Below the pieces are notes generated by a model. That model was not told the DNA's origin and searched no databases. It saw only the letters and a list, made by a program, of their open reading frames with translations. Positions 1 to 13,347 of a DNA stretch of 24,000 nucleotides are shown here, one piece after another (position 1 is the first letter of the stretch; each line of letters starts with the position of its first letter). The DNA comes from Cetobacterium sp. SF1 (GTDB lineage: Bacteria > Fusobacteriota > Fusobacteriia > Fusobacteriales > Fusobacteriaceae): positions 101,953 through 125,952 of the forward strand of contig NZ_CP188322.1 in assembly GCF_050033475.1 (NCBI RefSeq), in the 5' to 3' direction. A program made the translations under genes and the position numbers.

Positions 1-1
1 A

Positions 2-577
2 GAACGTACGAAAAGTTCAGCCATTTATACTAAAAAACAAAAAGCAACAAAAATTAGAAGTTATTTTTTAAAAACATTAGAAAATAATTGGGATAAAGAT
101 ACAGAAATTAATTTTATAAAACAACAAAAATTAGAAATAGTAGAAAATAATGAAGATATTATAGAAAAAGATAAGTTATATGAAGAGTTTTTAAATTTAA
201 ATATTATAGAACAAGAAGAAATTGAAAATAAAGTTTACGATAATTATATAGGTAAATGTGGTATGGAAGGAAAAGCTCAGAAGATTGCTTTTAAGGCAGG
301 AAAAAGTTCTTTAATTAAAGATTATTTATATGAAAATAAAGATATTTTAAATAAAAATAATATAGAAAAAATTGATATTAATTTTGATTTAATTAGAAAA
401 AAAATTGATGAGCAGTTAAATTTTTATTTTAAATTTTTAAAATTTACAGATAAAGAAATTCTAGATATAGAATTAGAAGTAGGAAGAATTACATTTGAAA
501 AATATTCAACAGGAAATTTCCAAGAAAAAGAAATAAGTGAAATAATAAAAACTGCAATAAAAAATATTAAAAATTAA
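2..577 (+). CDS. Hypothetical protein, 5'-truncated by the window edge (the track begins at internal Met 263)
   Basis: Frame 2 is open from base 2 (ERTKSSAIYTKKQKATKIRSYFLKTLENNW...) straight into the listed 263..577 ORF. The Met at 263 has no Shine-Dalgarno (SD) and lies mid-ORF. Confidence 0.75.
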   Translation, partial: ERTKSSAIYTKKQKATKIRSYFLKTLENNWDKDTEINFIKQQKLEIVENNEDIIEKDKLYEEFLNLNIIEQEEIENKVYDNYIGKCGMEGKAQKIAFKAGKSSLIKDYLYENKDILNKNNIEKIDINFDLIRKKIDEQLNFYFKFLKFTDKEILDIELEVGRITFEKYSTGNFQEKEISEIIKTAIKNIKN

Positions 578-672
578 AAAGTGCACAAAAAAGTATATTC
601 CTTTTTTATTTCAAATTTGGTACACTTGAACTGTCTTAAAAATTAACATTATTGGAGAGAGGGAGAAAATCT

Positions 673-1635
673 ATGAAAAAGTTAAGTTTAATGATAGGTG
701 CAATATTATTAGGAACAACAGCTTTTGGTGCTCAACTACAATTAAACGCAGGAGTTGAACCTTGGAGACAGGTTGGGAATACTAAATATGATACAGGATA
801 TAGCCTAGGTGCAGAAGTATTATTTAATGCTGAAAACCATCCATTTGATTATGGAATAGGTACTGAATGGAAAAGTAACTTCAAAGGTGGAGATTCAAAT
901 TCTACTGATGAAATTAAAGATATAGTTCCAATATATTTAACAGGAAAATATCATTTTATGAATGATGCTTTCTATGGTGTAGGAAGAGCAGGATGGTCAT
1001 TTGTTGGAAAAAATAGAACAGATGATGGAATGTATTTAGGTGCAGGTCTTGGAAAAGATTTTGGTCCATTAACAGTTGAAACATTATATGAAACAATAGA
1101 TTTACAAGGAAAATCTAAATTATATGATGGAAATAATGCAGGAATGGTTTCTATAAAAGTAGGATACATTTTTGGAGAAAATACAAGAGTAAAATTAGCT
1201 AAAGAAGCAGCTATGCAAGCAGAAATTGCTAAACAAGAATATATTAAACAACAAAAAGCGGAAGCAGAAGCAGCTTTATTAAACAAATTAGAAACTAAAG
1301 TAGTTGTAGAAGATAATTATAAAGTAAATCAATTAGAAGCAGAAAATTTAGATATGAATAAAATAGATTTCTTAGTAGCTAATGTAGAAAATAGACAAGG
1401 AACTATTTATGTAGATGGATATACTGACAATAGAGGAAGTAAAAAAGTTAATGATAAACTTTCTTTAGAAAGAGCTGAAAAAGTAGCTAAAGTAATAGAA
1501 GGTAAATTAACAACTGAAAATGTTGCAGTAAAAGCTGAAGGAAAAGGTGCAACTAATTTCTTAAATAATAATGCTACAAAAGAAGAAAGAGCTTTAAATA
1601 GAAGAGTAGAAGTATACTTTCAAGGAAATAATTAA
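673..1635 (+). CDS. OmpA family outer-membrane protein (beta-barrel N-terminus plus C-terminal peptidoglycan-binding domain)
   Basis: Signal peptide MKKLSLMIGAILLGTTAFGA. C-terminal OmpA-like block GTIYVDGYTDNRGSKKVNDKLSLERAEKVAKVI...NRRVEVYF. ATG at 673 sits behind GGAGAGAGGGAG; the track start at 652 is an upstream TTG inside that SD region. Confidence 0.9.
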   Translation: MKKLSLMIGAILLGTTAFGAQLQLNAGVEPWRQVGNTKYDTGYSLGAEVLFNAENHPFDYGIGTEWKSNFKGGDSNSTDEIKDIVPIYLTGKYHFMNDAFYGVGRAGWSFVGKNRTDDGMYLGAGLGKDFGPLTVETLYETIDLQGKSKLYDGNNAGMVSIKVGYIFGENTRVKLAKEAAMQAEIAKQEYIKQQKAEAEAALLNKLETKVVVEDNYKVNQLEAENLDMNKIDFLVANVENRQGTIYVDGYTDNRGSKKVNDKLSLERAEKVAKVIEGKLTTENVAVKAEGKGATNFLNNNATKEERALNRRVEVYFQGNN

Positions 1636-1658
1636 TTAAATATAGTGTTATAAATTAG

Positions 1659-1689
1659 AACTCCATCTAAGGTTTAGATGGAGTTTTTA
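1659..1689 (+). terminator. Rho-independent terminator after the OmpA-family gene
   Basis: Inverted repeat AACTCCATCTAA-ggt-TTAGATGGAGTT followed by T-rich tract. Confidence 0.9.
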
Positions 1690-1748
1690 TATTGCTGTAA
1701 GAAAAATATAATGATATACTAAAAGAAATAATAATAATGAGGTGATTT

Positions 1749-2420
1749 ATGGAAAATTTAACATATTATATGGTTATATTTTTTGGAATAGCATCTGTAT
1801 TTTCACCCTGTATTTTACCATTACTTCCAATTTATTTAGGAATAGTGACTAGAAAAAATAGAAATATGTACATAGCTGTATTAAGTTTAGTATTAGGATT
1901 TATTATATCTTTTTTTATTTTACAAATTTTAATTTTTAATTTTACAAATGTCTTTAGTCAGATTATTGGAAATAGTTTTTTTAATAGAATATTAGGATTA
2001 ATAATAATTATATTTGGACTAAAAATGCTAGGAATTATAAAAATAAAATATTTTGAATCTGAAAAAAAATTTTATTTATCAGATAAGTATGATAAAGGTG
2101 GATATTTATTTCCAATTTTTTTAGGAGTAACTTTGGGTTTGGGATGGACTCCTTGCTCAGGTCCAATAATATTTACAGTTTTAACATATGCAAGTACAAC
2201 AAAGAACTTTATAGAAGCAATTTATTTGATTGTACTCTATTCTATAGGTTTTATGATTCCTTTTATGATCTTAACGTATTTTATGAATAAATGGAAAAAA
2301 CATATTCAAAGTTTAAAAAAATATCATAAGTTGATAGAAAATATAACAGGAATTCTAATTTGTATTATTGGAATTTTATTATTTTTTAATAAATTAACAT
2401 TTTTATATATAAATATTTAA
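1749..2420 (+). CDS. CcdA/DsbD-like transmembrane thiol-disulfide transport (cytochrome c biogenesis) protein
   Basis: Multi-TM protein with paired Cys motifs FSPCILPLLPIYLG and GLGWTPCSGP typical of the CcdA/DsbD family. SD GAGGTGAT. Confidence 0.88.
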   Translation: MENLTYYMVIFFGIASVFSPCILPLLPIYLGIVTRKNRNMYIAVLSLVLGFIISFFILQILIFNFTNVFSQIIGNSFFNRILGLIIIIFGLKMLGIIKIKYFESEKKFYLSDKYDKGGYLFPIFLGVTLGLGWTPCSGPIIFTVLTYASTTKNFIEAIYLIVLYSIGFMIPFMILTYFMNKWKKHIQSLKKYHKLIENITGILICIIGILLFFNKLTFLYINI

Positions 2421-2426
2421 TGGAGA

Positions 2427-2768
2427 GTGAGAAAAATTATAGTTCAGATTTTTGGGAAAAAAAATTGTTCTGATACAAGAAAAGCAGAAAGATTTTTTAA
2501 AGAAAGAGGAATAAAATATCAATTTATAAATATTCTTGAAAAAAGTCCTTCTAAAAGAGAAGTTGAAAATTTTTTAAAAATATATAGTGAAGAAGATTTA
2601 ATTGATGTTAATGGAAAGGAATATACAAAAAGAAATTTACAGTATATTGTATATGAACCATTAAAATTATTGGAAGAAACACCTATTTTATATAGAACAC
2701 CTATTATTAGAAAAGATAATAAAGTATTTATAGGTAGTGATATAGAAGAATTAAAAAAATTTATATAG
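2427..2768 (+). CDS. ArsC/Spx-family thioredoxin-fold reductase-like protein (start codon uncertain)
   Basis: N-terminus IIVQIFGKKNCSDTRKAERFFKERGIKYQFINI and later TPIIRKDNKVFIG match the ArsC/Spx fold pattern. Start may be GTG 2427 or ATT 2436. Confidence 0.8.
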   Translation: MRKIIVQIFGKKNCSDTRKAERFFKERGIKYQFINILEKSPSKREVENFLKIYSEEDLIDVNGKEYTKRNLQYIVYEPLKLLEETPILYRTPIIRKDNKVFIGSDIEELKKFI

Positions 2769-2783
2769 AATTAAGGAGAAATT

Positions 2784-3167
2784 ATGTATAGTGTAAGTTT
2801 TAAATTATTAGAAAAAATAATAGAAGGATATTTAAAAATAGCTAAAAAATTATCAGGAGAATTAGTAATTTTAAATAAAAAAGATGATGAAGCTGATGAA
2901 TATATTATATCGAATATTAATGATTTGAAGTTTTTAAAAATTTCAAAAGGAGATATGATAGAATTAACTATTTATGTAGATGATGAAGATGAATATTTTG
3001 AAGAGTTTGTAATAGGAGAAATAAAAAATATTGAAAAATTAGAAAAAAATATTTTATCAAAATTACCAAATAAAATTGACATAAATTCATTTAAAGCAGA
3101 AATAAAAGAACAGAAAATTTCAGTAGAAAATAATCATTTCTCAAAATATATGAAAAAAAATAAATAA
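2784..3167 (+). CDS. Hypothetical small acidic/lysine-rich protein
   Basis: 127 codons, 15 nt after the previous stop, upstream AAGGAG SD. No family firmly recognised. Confidence 0.7.
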   Translation: MYSVSFKLLEKIIEGYLKIAKKLSGELVILNKKDDEADEYIISNINDLKFLKISKGDMIELTIYVDDEDEYFEEFVIGEIKNIEKLEKNILSKLPNKIDINSFKAEIKEQKISVENNHFSKYMKKNK

Positions 3168-3232
3168 TATTGAAAATATATTGATTTAGGATTAGAATAG
3201 CTTTAGTCAAATATATTAGGGGTGTGAACTAA

Positions 3233-4114
3233 ATGTTATTAAGAAATGGATATTTTTGTGCTGTAATGGCAGGATTGATATGGGGGCTTATTGGAATTTC
3301 AACTTTAAATTTAAGTGATTTAGGTATGAATACTTATGAGATTTCTTTTTTAAGAGTTTTATATGCATTTATTTTAGGAATGATTTATTTACATTTTTCA
3401 GATAAGGAAAAAAGAACAACTTTTAAAGCAGTTCCTAAAAATATTTGGAAATATATAATATTAACTGGGATTGTTTGCCAAGGATTATTAAATATATTTT
3501 TTTCAATAGCAGTTATAAAAACTGGAACTATAACAGGAATTATGTTAATGGATGTAGGACCTTTATTTACAATAATTATGTGTAGAATCTTTTTCAAAGA
3601 ACATATTAGTTTTATAAAAATGCTGTCTTTAATGATGGCGTTTTTAGGAGCGGTATTATTAATAACAAATGGTGAATTAAGTCAGTTGAATTTTAATTAT
3701 ACAGGAGTAGCCTTTGGTTTATTAGGCGGAGCATGTTATGGATTTTATCCAATTATTAATAAAAAAGCTTCAGATAGTTTTGATCCTGTTAGATTAACTA
3801 TATATAGTTTTGGAATAGCAACTATTTTTTTAATGTTTTTTCTAAATAAAAATTCATGGGAAATTATGTTTACAAGTAAAGCTATAATAGGTGGAATTTT
3901 TTATGGATTAGTTCCAACTTTAATAGCCTATATATTTTATTCAAGATCAATGATTTTTATATCTCCTTCAACAGCAAGTATAATTTCTTTGTTAGAAGTT
4001 CCTGCAACAACGATTGTTGGAATATTTTTGCTTCATGAACCTGTTGGAATTTTTAAAATATTAGGCATGATTATAGTTTTATCTGGAATGTTATTATCTA
4101 AAGTAAAAAACTAG
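3233..4114 (+). CDS. DMT-superfamily (EamA) transporter
   Basis: About 10 hydrophobic segments with EamA-like repeats (MAGLIWGLIGISTL...; LGGACYGFYPIINKKA; SLLEVPATTIVGIFLLHEP). Preceded by AGGGGTG. Confidence 0.88.
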   Translation: MLLRNGYFCAVMAGLIWGLIGISTLNLSDLGMNTYEISFLRVLYAFILGMIYLHFSDKEKRTTFKAVPKNIWKYIILTGIVCQGLLNIFFSIAVIKTGTITGIMLMDVGPLFTIIMCRIFFKEHISFIKMLSLMMAFLGAVLLITNGELSQLNFNYTGVAFGLLGGACYGFYPIINKKASDSFDPVRLTIYSFGIATIFLMFFLNKNSWEIMFTSKAIIGGIFYGLVPTLIAYIFYSRSMIFISPSTASIISLLEVPATTIVGIFLLHEPVGIFKILGMIIVLSGMLLSKVKN

Positions 4115-4134
4115 AGAGATTCTCTCTAGTTTTT
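4105..4134. terminator. Bidirectional terminator shared by convergent genes
   Basis: AAAAAACTAGAGAGA-T-TCTCTCTAGTTTTT, a perfect inverted repeat with A and T tracts on opposite sides. Confidence 0.85.
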
Positions 4135-4425
4135 CATTTCTTTATTAGAATAACTTAAAGTATAATAGTTCGTTAAATCTAAATCTTCATATATTATTTT
4201 TTCAATTTTTTGTTCAATATCTTCTTGGGTATATTCATTTTCGGTGACAAAGTCTAAAATACATGTAACTTTGTCTTTCATAAGAGAGGTATTTATTTCA
4301 AATTTTGTTTCAGAATTAAAATTGTTTTTAAAAGCTTCTGTGATATCATCAAGAGAAGTTGTATCTTGATAATTTTTAAAAGAAACTTTAATAAGATATT
4401 TTAAAGATTTACTATTGAAATTCAT
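4126..4425 (-). CDS. Hypothetical protein (99 aa)
   Basis: ORF with upstream AAGGAGG SD on the minus strand, bounded by terminators on both sides. Confidence 0.7.
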   Translation of the reverse strand: MNFNSKSLKYLIKVSFKNYQDTTSLDDITEAFKNNFNSETKFEINTSLMKDKVTCILDFVTENEYTQEDIEQKIEKIIYEDLDLTNYYTLSYSNKEMKN

Positions 4426-4497
4426 AAAAACCTCCTTATAAAATTTAGCTAAAAGCTATTACTAAATATATACTCTATTAAATAGAAAAAGTAAATA

Positions 4498-4532
4498 AAA
4501 AAGATAATTTCTTACGAAGAAATTATCTTTTT
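4498..4532. terminator. Terminator downstream of the ebg-type operon
   Basis: AGATAATTTCTT-acg-AAGAAATTATCT flanked by A and T tracts, immediately after the minus-strand permease stop. Confidence 0.88.
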
Positions 4533-4536
4533 TAGT

Positions 4537-6409
<1,873 letters not shown>

Positions 6410-6419
6410 TTTAATCCTC

Positions 6420-9461
<3,042 letters not shown>

Positions 9462-9514
9462 TTAATATACTCACCCGCCTAATTTAATACTTAATATACG
9501 TTTTCGATATAAAG

Positions 9515-9543
9515 AATATACTACAACGAATTAATTAAGTCAA
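9515..9543 (-). promoter_or_regulatory. Putative sigma70-type promoter for the ebgA operon
   Basis: Minus strand TTGACT-17 nt-TATATT (-35 at 9538-9543, -10 at 9515-9520), oriented toward ebgA. Confidence 0.75.
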
Positions 9544-9546
9544 TAA

Positions 9547-9569
9547 TTTTAGTAAAAATTTTACTAAAA
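9547..9569. promoter_or_regulatory. Perfect 11-bp inverted repeat, candidate operator of the divergent LacI-family regulator
   Basis: TTTTAGTAAAA-a-TTTTACTAAAA in the divergent intergenic region, directly upstream of the ebgA -35. Confidence 0.6.
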
Positions 9570-9595
9570 AAATAAAAATAACAAATAAATTGTAA

Positions 9596-10618
<1,023 letters not shown>

Positions 10619-10643
10619 AATAATTTTGGAGGGAAGAGAAGTT

Positions 10644-11402
10644 ATGAAAAAAACAACGATTCTATCTTTAGTTAATCAAAAAGGTGGAGTTGCTAAAACA
10701 ACATCAACAATAAATTTAGCTGCAGCACTGTCAAAATTAGGAAAAAAAGTTTTAGTTATTGATTTAGATCCTCAGGGAAATTGTACAGTAGGTTCAGGTA
10801 TAGATTTAACAAATTTAAAATACGGAACTTATAATTTATTATTAGAGAATACACCAGCAGAAGATTGTATCATAAAAAGAGATTCATATGATATTATAGG
10901 AACGGATATAAAACTTGCAGGAGCAGAATTAATAATAATTTCCAAAATAGCTAGAGAAAGTTTATTAAAACATAAGTTAGATAAATTAACAGGTTATGAT
11001 TTTATTTTAATAGATTGTCCTCCAAGTTTATCATTGTTAACAGTAAATGCATTAACTGCATCAACATCTGCCTATGTTCCTGTTTCAGCTTCAGTTTTTG
11101 CTGTAGGTGGAATAACTCAATTATCAGATACAATAGATTCGATAAAAATATTAAATAAAGATTTAGAAATTAAAGGTGTATTTTTAACAAGATTTGATAA
11201 AAGAGAAAAATTTAATTATATGGTTGAAGATGCTTTGTTACAAATGTTTGAAGAAAAACTTTTAAAAACAAAAATAAGAGTTTGTGCAGATATAAATAAA
11301 TCTCAAGTTCAAGGGGTAGATATTTTTACTCATAATCCAAAAGCTAGATCAGCAGAAGATTATATGCAATTGGCACAGGAGGTTATAGAACTTGAAAAAT
11401 AA
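10644..11402 (+). CDS. parA: ParA/Soj/MinD-family ATPase
   Basis: Deviant Walker A QKGGVAKTTSTINLAAAL, VLVIDLDPQGN and FILIDCPPSL. ATG 10644 sits behind TGGAGGGAAG; the track start at 10626 is an upstream TTG. Confidence 0.93.
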   Translation: MKKTTILSLVNQKGGVAKTTSTINLAAALSKLGKKVLVIDLDPQGNCTVGSGIDLTNLKYGTYNLLLENTPAEDCIIKRDSYDIIGTDIKLAGAELIIISKIARESLLKHKLDKLTGYDFILIDCPPSLSLLTVNALTASTSAYVPVSASVFAVGGITQLSDTIDSIKILNKDLEIKGVFLTRFDKREKFNYMVEDALLQMFEEKLLKTKIRVCADINKSQVQGVDIFTHNPKARSAEDYMQLAQEVIELEK

Positions 11403-12087
11403 TTTGTTAGGGTCTTTGGTGAGTAAAGCTAAGGAAAAGAAAGAAAATATAGCATTACAAACAGGATTAATTCGTGAGGAATATAAACCAACAATAGATT
11501 ATGATTTATTAGAAATTAATTCTTCCGAAAAGGAATTATTAATAGAATATGAAAAAAAATTATCTCACCATATAAGTGAAATGAGAAAAAATATTTTTGA
11601 TATTTCAGAAGCATTATTTTTAGCTCAAAAAAGTTTATCAAATCATCATGATGGGACTTTTTGTAAATGGTATGAGATGTTAGGTTTAAAGAAAGATTTT
11701 GTTTATATGTGTTTAAAGAGATACAATTTATATTTGGAATATAAATTAGAAAAAGTATTTAATCTTCCTGATAGATCTATAAAAGATATCTCAAAATTAA
11801 AATCCTTAGTTTCAGAAGAGAAAATAATTACTTTATTAAATAGTTCAAAAATTTCTGAAGAATTAAAAGAATTGAAAAAAGAGTTTTCGGTCAGACCGAA
11901 AACTGAAAAAAAATCAAACTTATCAATTTGGATAAATAAAAAAACTAAAAATTCTATAGAGTTTATAACAGAAGGTATTTTTTTACCAAAAAATAACTTA
12001 ATTGAAGATATGATTGTTTATAGTGAGAATGGTAAAGTTTATATAAAAATAAAAGAAGAGTTTTTATGTGAATATGAAAAAAAATAA
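11392..12087 (+). CDS. Uncharacterised ParA partner protein, TTG start, overlapping parA
   Basis: Starts TTG 11392, 9 nt after GGAGG (11378-11382) inside parA. 231 aa, with no recognisable ParB/Spo0J nuclease-fold (GERR) motif. Central block HHDGTFCKWYEMLGLKKDFVYMCLKRYNLY. Confidence 0.8.
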   Translation: MKNNLLGSLVSKAKEKKENIALQTGLIREEYKPTIDYDLLEINSSEKELLIEYEKKLSHHISEMRKNIFDISEALFLAQKSLSNHHDGTFCKWYEMLGLKKDFVYMCLKRYNLYLEYKLEKVFNLPDRSIKDISKLKSLVSEEKIITLLNSSKISEELKELKKEFSVRPKTEKKSNLSIWINKKTKNSIEFITEGIFLPKNNLIEDMIVYSENGKVYIKIKEEFLCEYEKK

Positions 12088-12090
12088 AAA

Positions 12091-12124
12091 TCCCCAAATC
12101 TAATAAATAGATTTGGGGTATTTT
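12091..12124. terminator. Bidirectional terminator between the parA operon and the phnA-like gene
   Basis: CCCCAAATCTA-ataaa-TAGATTTGGGG (12092-12118) flanked by A-rich and T-rich tracts. Confidence 0.88.
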
Positions 12125-12465
12125 TATGATTTCTTTACAAATTCAGATTTTAATTTCATAGCTCCAATTCCATCAATTTTACAATCGATATCATGGTCAC
12201 CATCAATTAAACGAATATTTTTAACTTTAGTCCCTTGTTTTACAACTAATGAACTTCCTTTAATTTTTAAATCTTTAATAACAACAACAGTATCACCATC
12301 AACAAGAATACTTCCATTAGCATCTTTGTAAACTTTCTCTTCAGATTCTTGATCATCAGTTGCTGTTAAAGACCACTCGTGAAAACATTCAGGACAAACT
12401 AAAATTTCTCCATCTTCGTATGTATATTCAGAATTACATTTTGGGCAATTAGGTAATTTTATCAT
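12124..12465 (-). CDS. yjdM: PhnA/YjdM-family zinc-ribbon protein
   Basis: [25 protein letters not shown] and [65 protein letters not shown] match the PhnA domain family throughout. Confidence 0.93.
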   Translation of the reverse strand: MIKLPNCPKCNSEYTYEDGEILVCPECFHEWSLTATDDQESEEKVYKDANGSILVDGDTVVVIKDLKIKGSSLVVKQGTKVKNIRLIDGDHDIDCKIDGIGAMKLKSEFVKKS

Positions 12466-12552
12466 ATTTTTATAATTTCTCCATTTCTTAAATAAATTTT
12501 AATAGTTTTTATATTATAAAATAATTTCGAAATTTTGTCAAATGGAGTAACT

Positions 12553-13278
12553 TTATAATGATTTTATAAATATATATTTATTTTCTGAAGAAAGTTCTTG
12601 AGAGAAAATATAATTATTATCTTTGAAATTTTTAATTTTAGAAATATCTTCTATTTTATTTAAAATAAAATAGTCTAACATTTTCCCACGCATTTTTTTG
12701 GCTTCATTACTATTTATTTTTAAATTATTATTTTCTAAAATAAAAAAATCAATATCGACTACAGAAAATTTCTTTCGGTCGATAATTTTTGAAAATTCTT
12801 TAGAGGCAAGATTTATAATTAGTTCTTTTTCTTGGAAAAAATTATTTATATTTTCTTTCCAAAAATTATAAAGGGAAGTTTCCATAATTTTCATAGTCAT
12901 ATCTAATCTATAGGGCTTAATAAGAGTCATAGGAGTTAGAACACCATAAAAAGCAGATAAAATTCGACAATATTTATTAGCATATATTATATTTTCTGTG
13001 GAATATTTTTCTAATGATAAATTAGAAAAACTAACACCATCATAAAGAAATAAAGCTGGATGAGATTTTAAATTATTGTAATTAGAAATATTATTGATAG
13101 TTTCTGTTAAAAGTTTATCTTTAATTTTCATTATTTTACTTAAATCTTCAGATGATAAATTTTTAAGAATATTATTTAATAAATCGGATTCTTTTTTAAA
13201 ATGAATTATGTCATTAGAAAAAGAAATACTTATATTTTTATAATTCATACCTTTACTTGGAGAAAAAATAATTTTCAT
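12553..13278 (-). CDS. yaaA: YaaA-family (DUF328) peroxide stress protein
   Basis: MKIIFSPSKGMNYKN..., LFLYDGVSFSNLSLEKYS, RILSAFYGVLTPMTLIKPYRLDM, and INLASKEFSKII. Start moved from 13335 to ATG 13278, just behind the GAGGTG SD. Confidence 0.88.
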   Translation of the reverse strand: MKIIFSPSKGMNYKNISISFSNDIIHFKKESDLLNNILKNLSSEDLSKIMKIKDKLLTETINNISNYNNLKSHPALFLYDGVSFSNLSLEKYSTENIIYANKYCRILSAFYGVLTPMTLIKPYRLDMTMKIMETSLYNFWKENINNFFQEKELIINLASKEFSKIIDRKKFSVVDIDFFILENNNLKINSNEAKKMRGKMLDYFILNKIEDISKIKNFKDNNYIFSQELSSENKYIFIKSL

Positions 13279-13300
13279 AATACACCTCACTAAAAATTTA

Positions 13301-13344
13301 ATAAAAAAACAGTTGATACATAGATAGTATATCAACTGTTTGTA
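13301..13344 (-). terminator. Terminator between the minus-strand APC permease and yaaA
   Basis: Minus strand AAACAGTTGATA...TATCAACTGTTTTTTT hairpin. Confidence 0.8.
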
Positions 13345-13347
13345 AAT

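Noticed and set aside
578-651. Possible terminator AAAAAAG...CTTTTTT and GTGCAC palindrome before the OmpA-family gene
   Set aside because: Very short, nearly all A-T stem; not distinguishable from background in this AT-rich sequence.
972-1286. Minus-strand 104-aa ORF inside the OmpA-family gene
   Set aside because: Antisense shadow of a well-supported coding sequence; composition is the reverse complement of Ala/Glu-rich codons, with no SD or family features.
3385-3597. Minus-strand 70-aa ORF inside the EamA gene
   Set aside because: Antisense to a confident transmembrane coding region; no independent evidence.
9500-9512. CGTTTTCG element considered as a LacI-family operator
   Set aside because: The arms are not a proper inverted repeat about a central CG; the palindrome at 9547-9569 is far better supported.
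12113-12331. Plus-strand 72-aa ORF over the phnA-like gene
   Set aside because: Begins inside the bidirectional terminator and is antisense to the recognised PhnA/YjdM protein.
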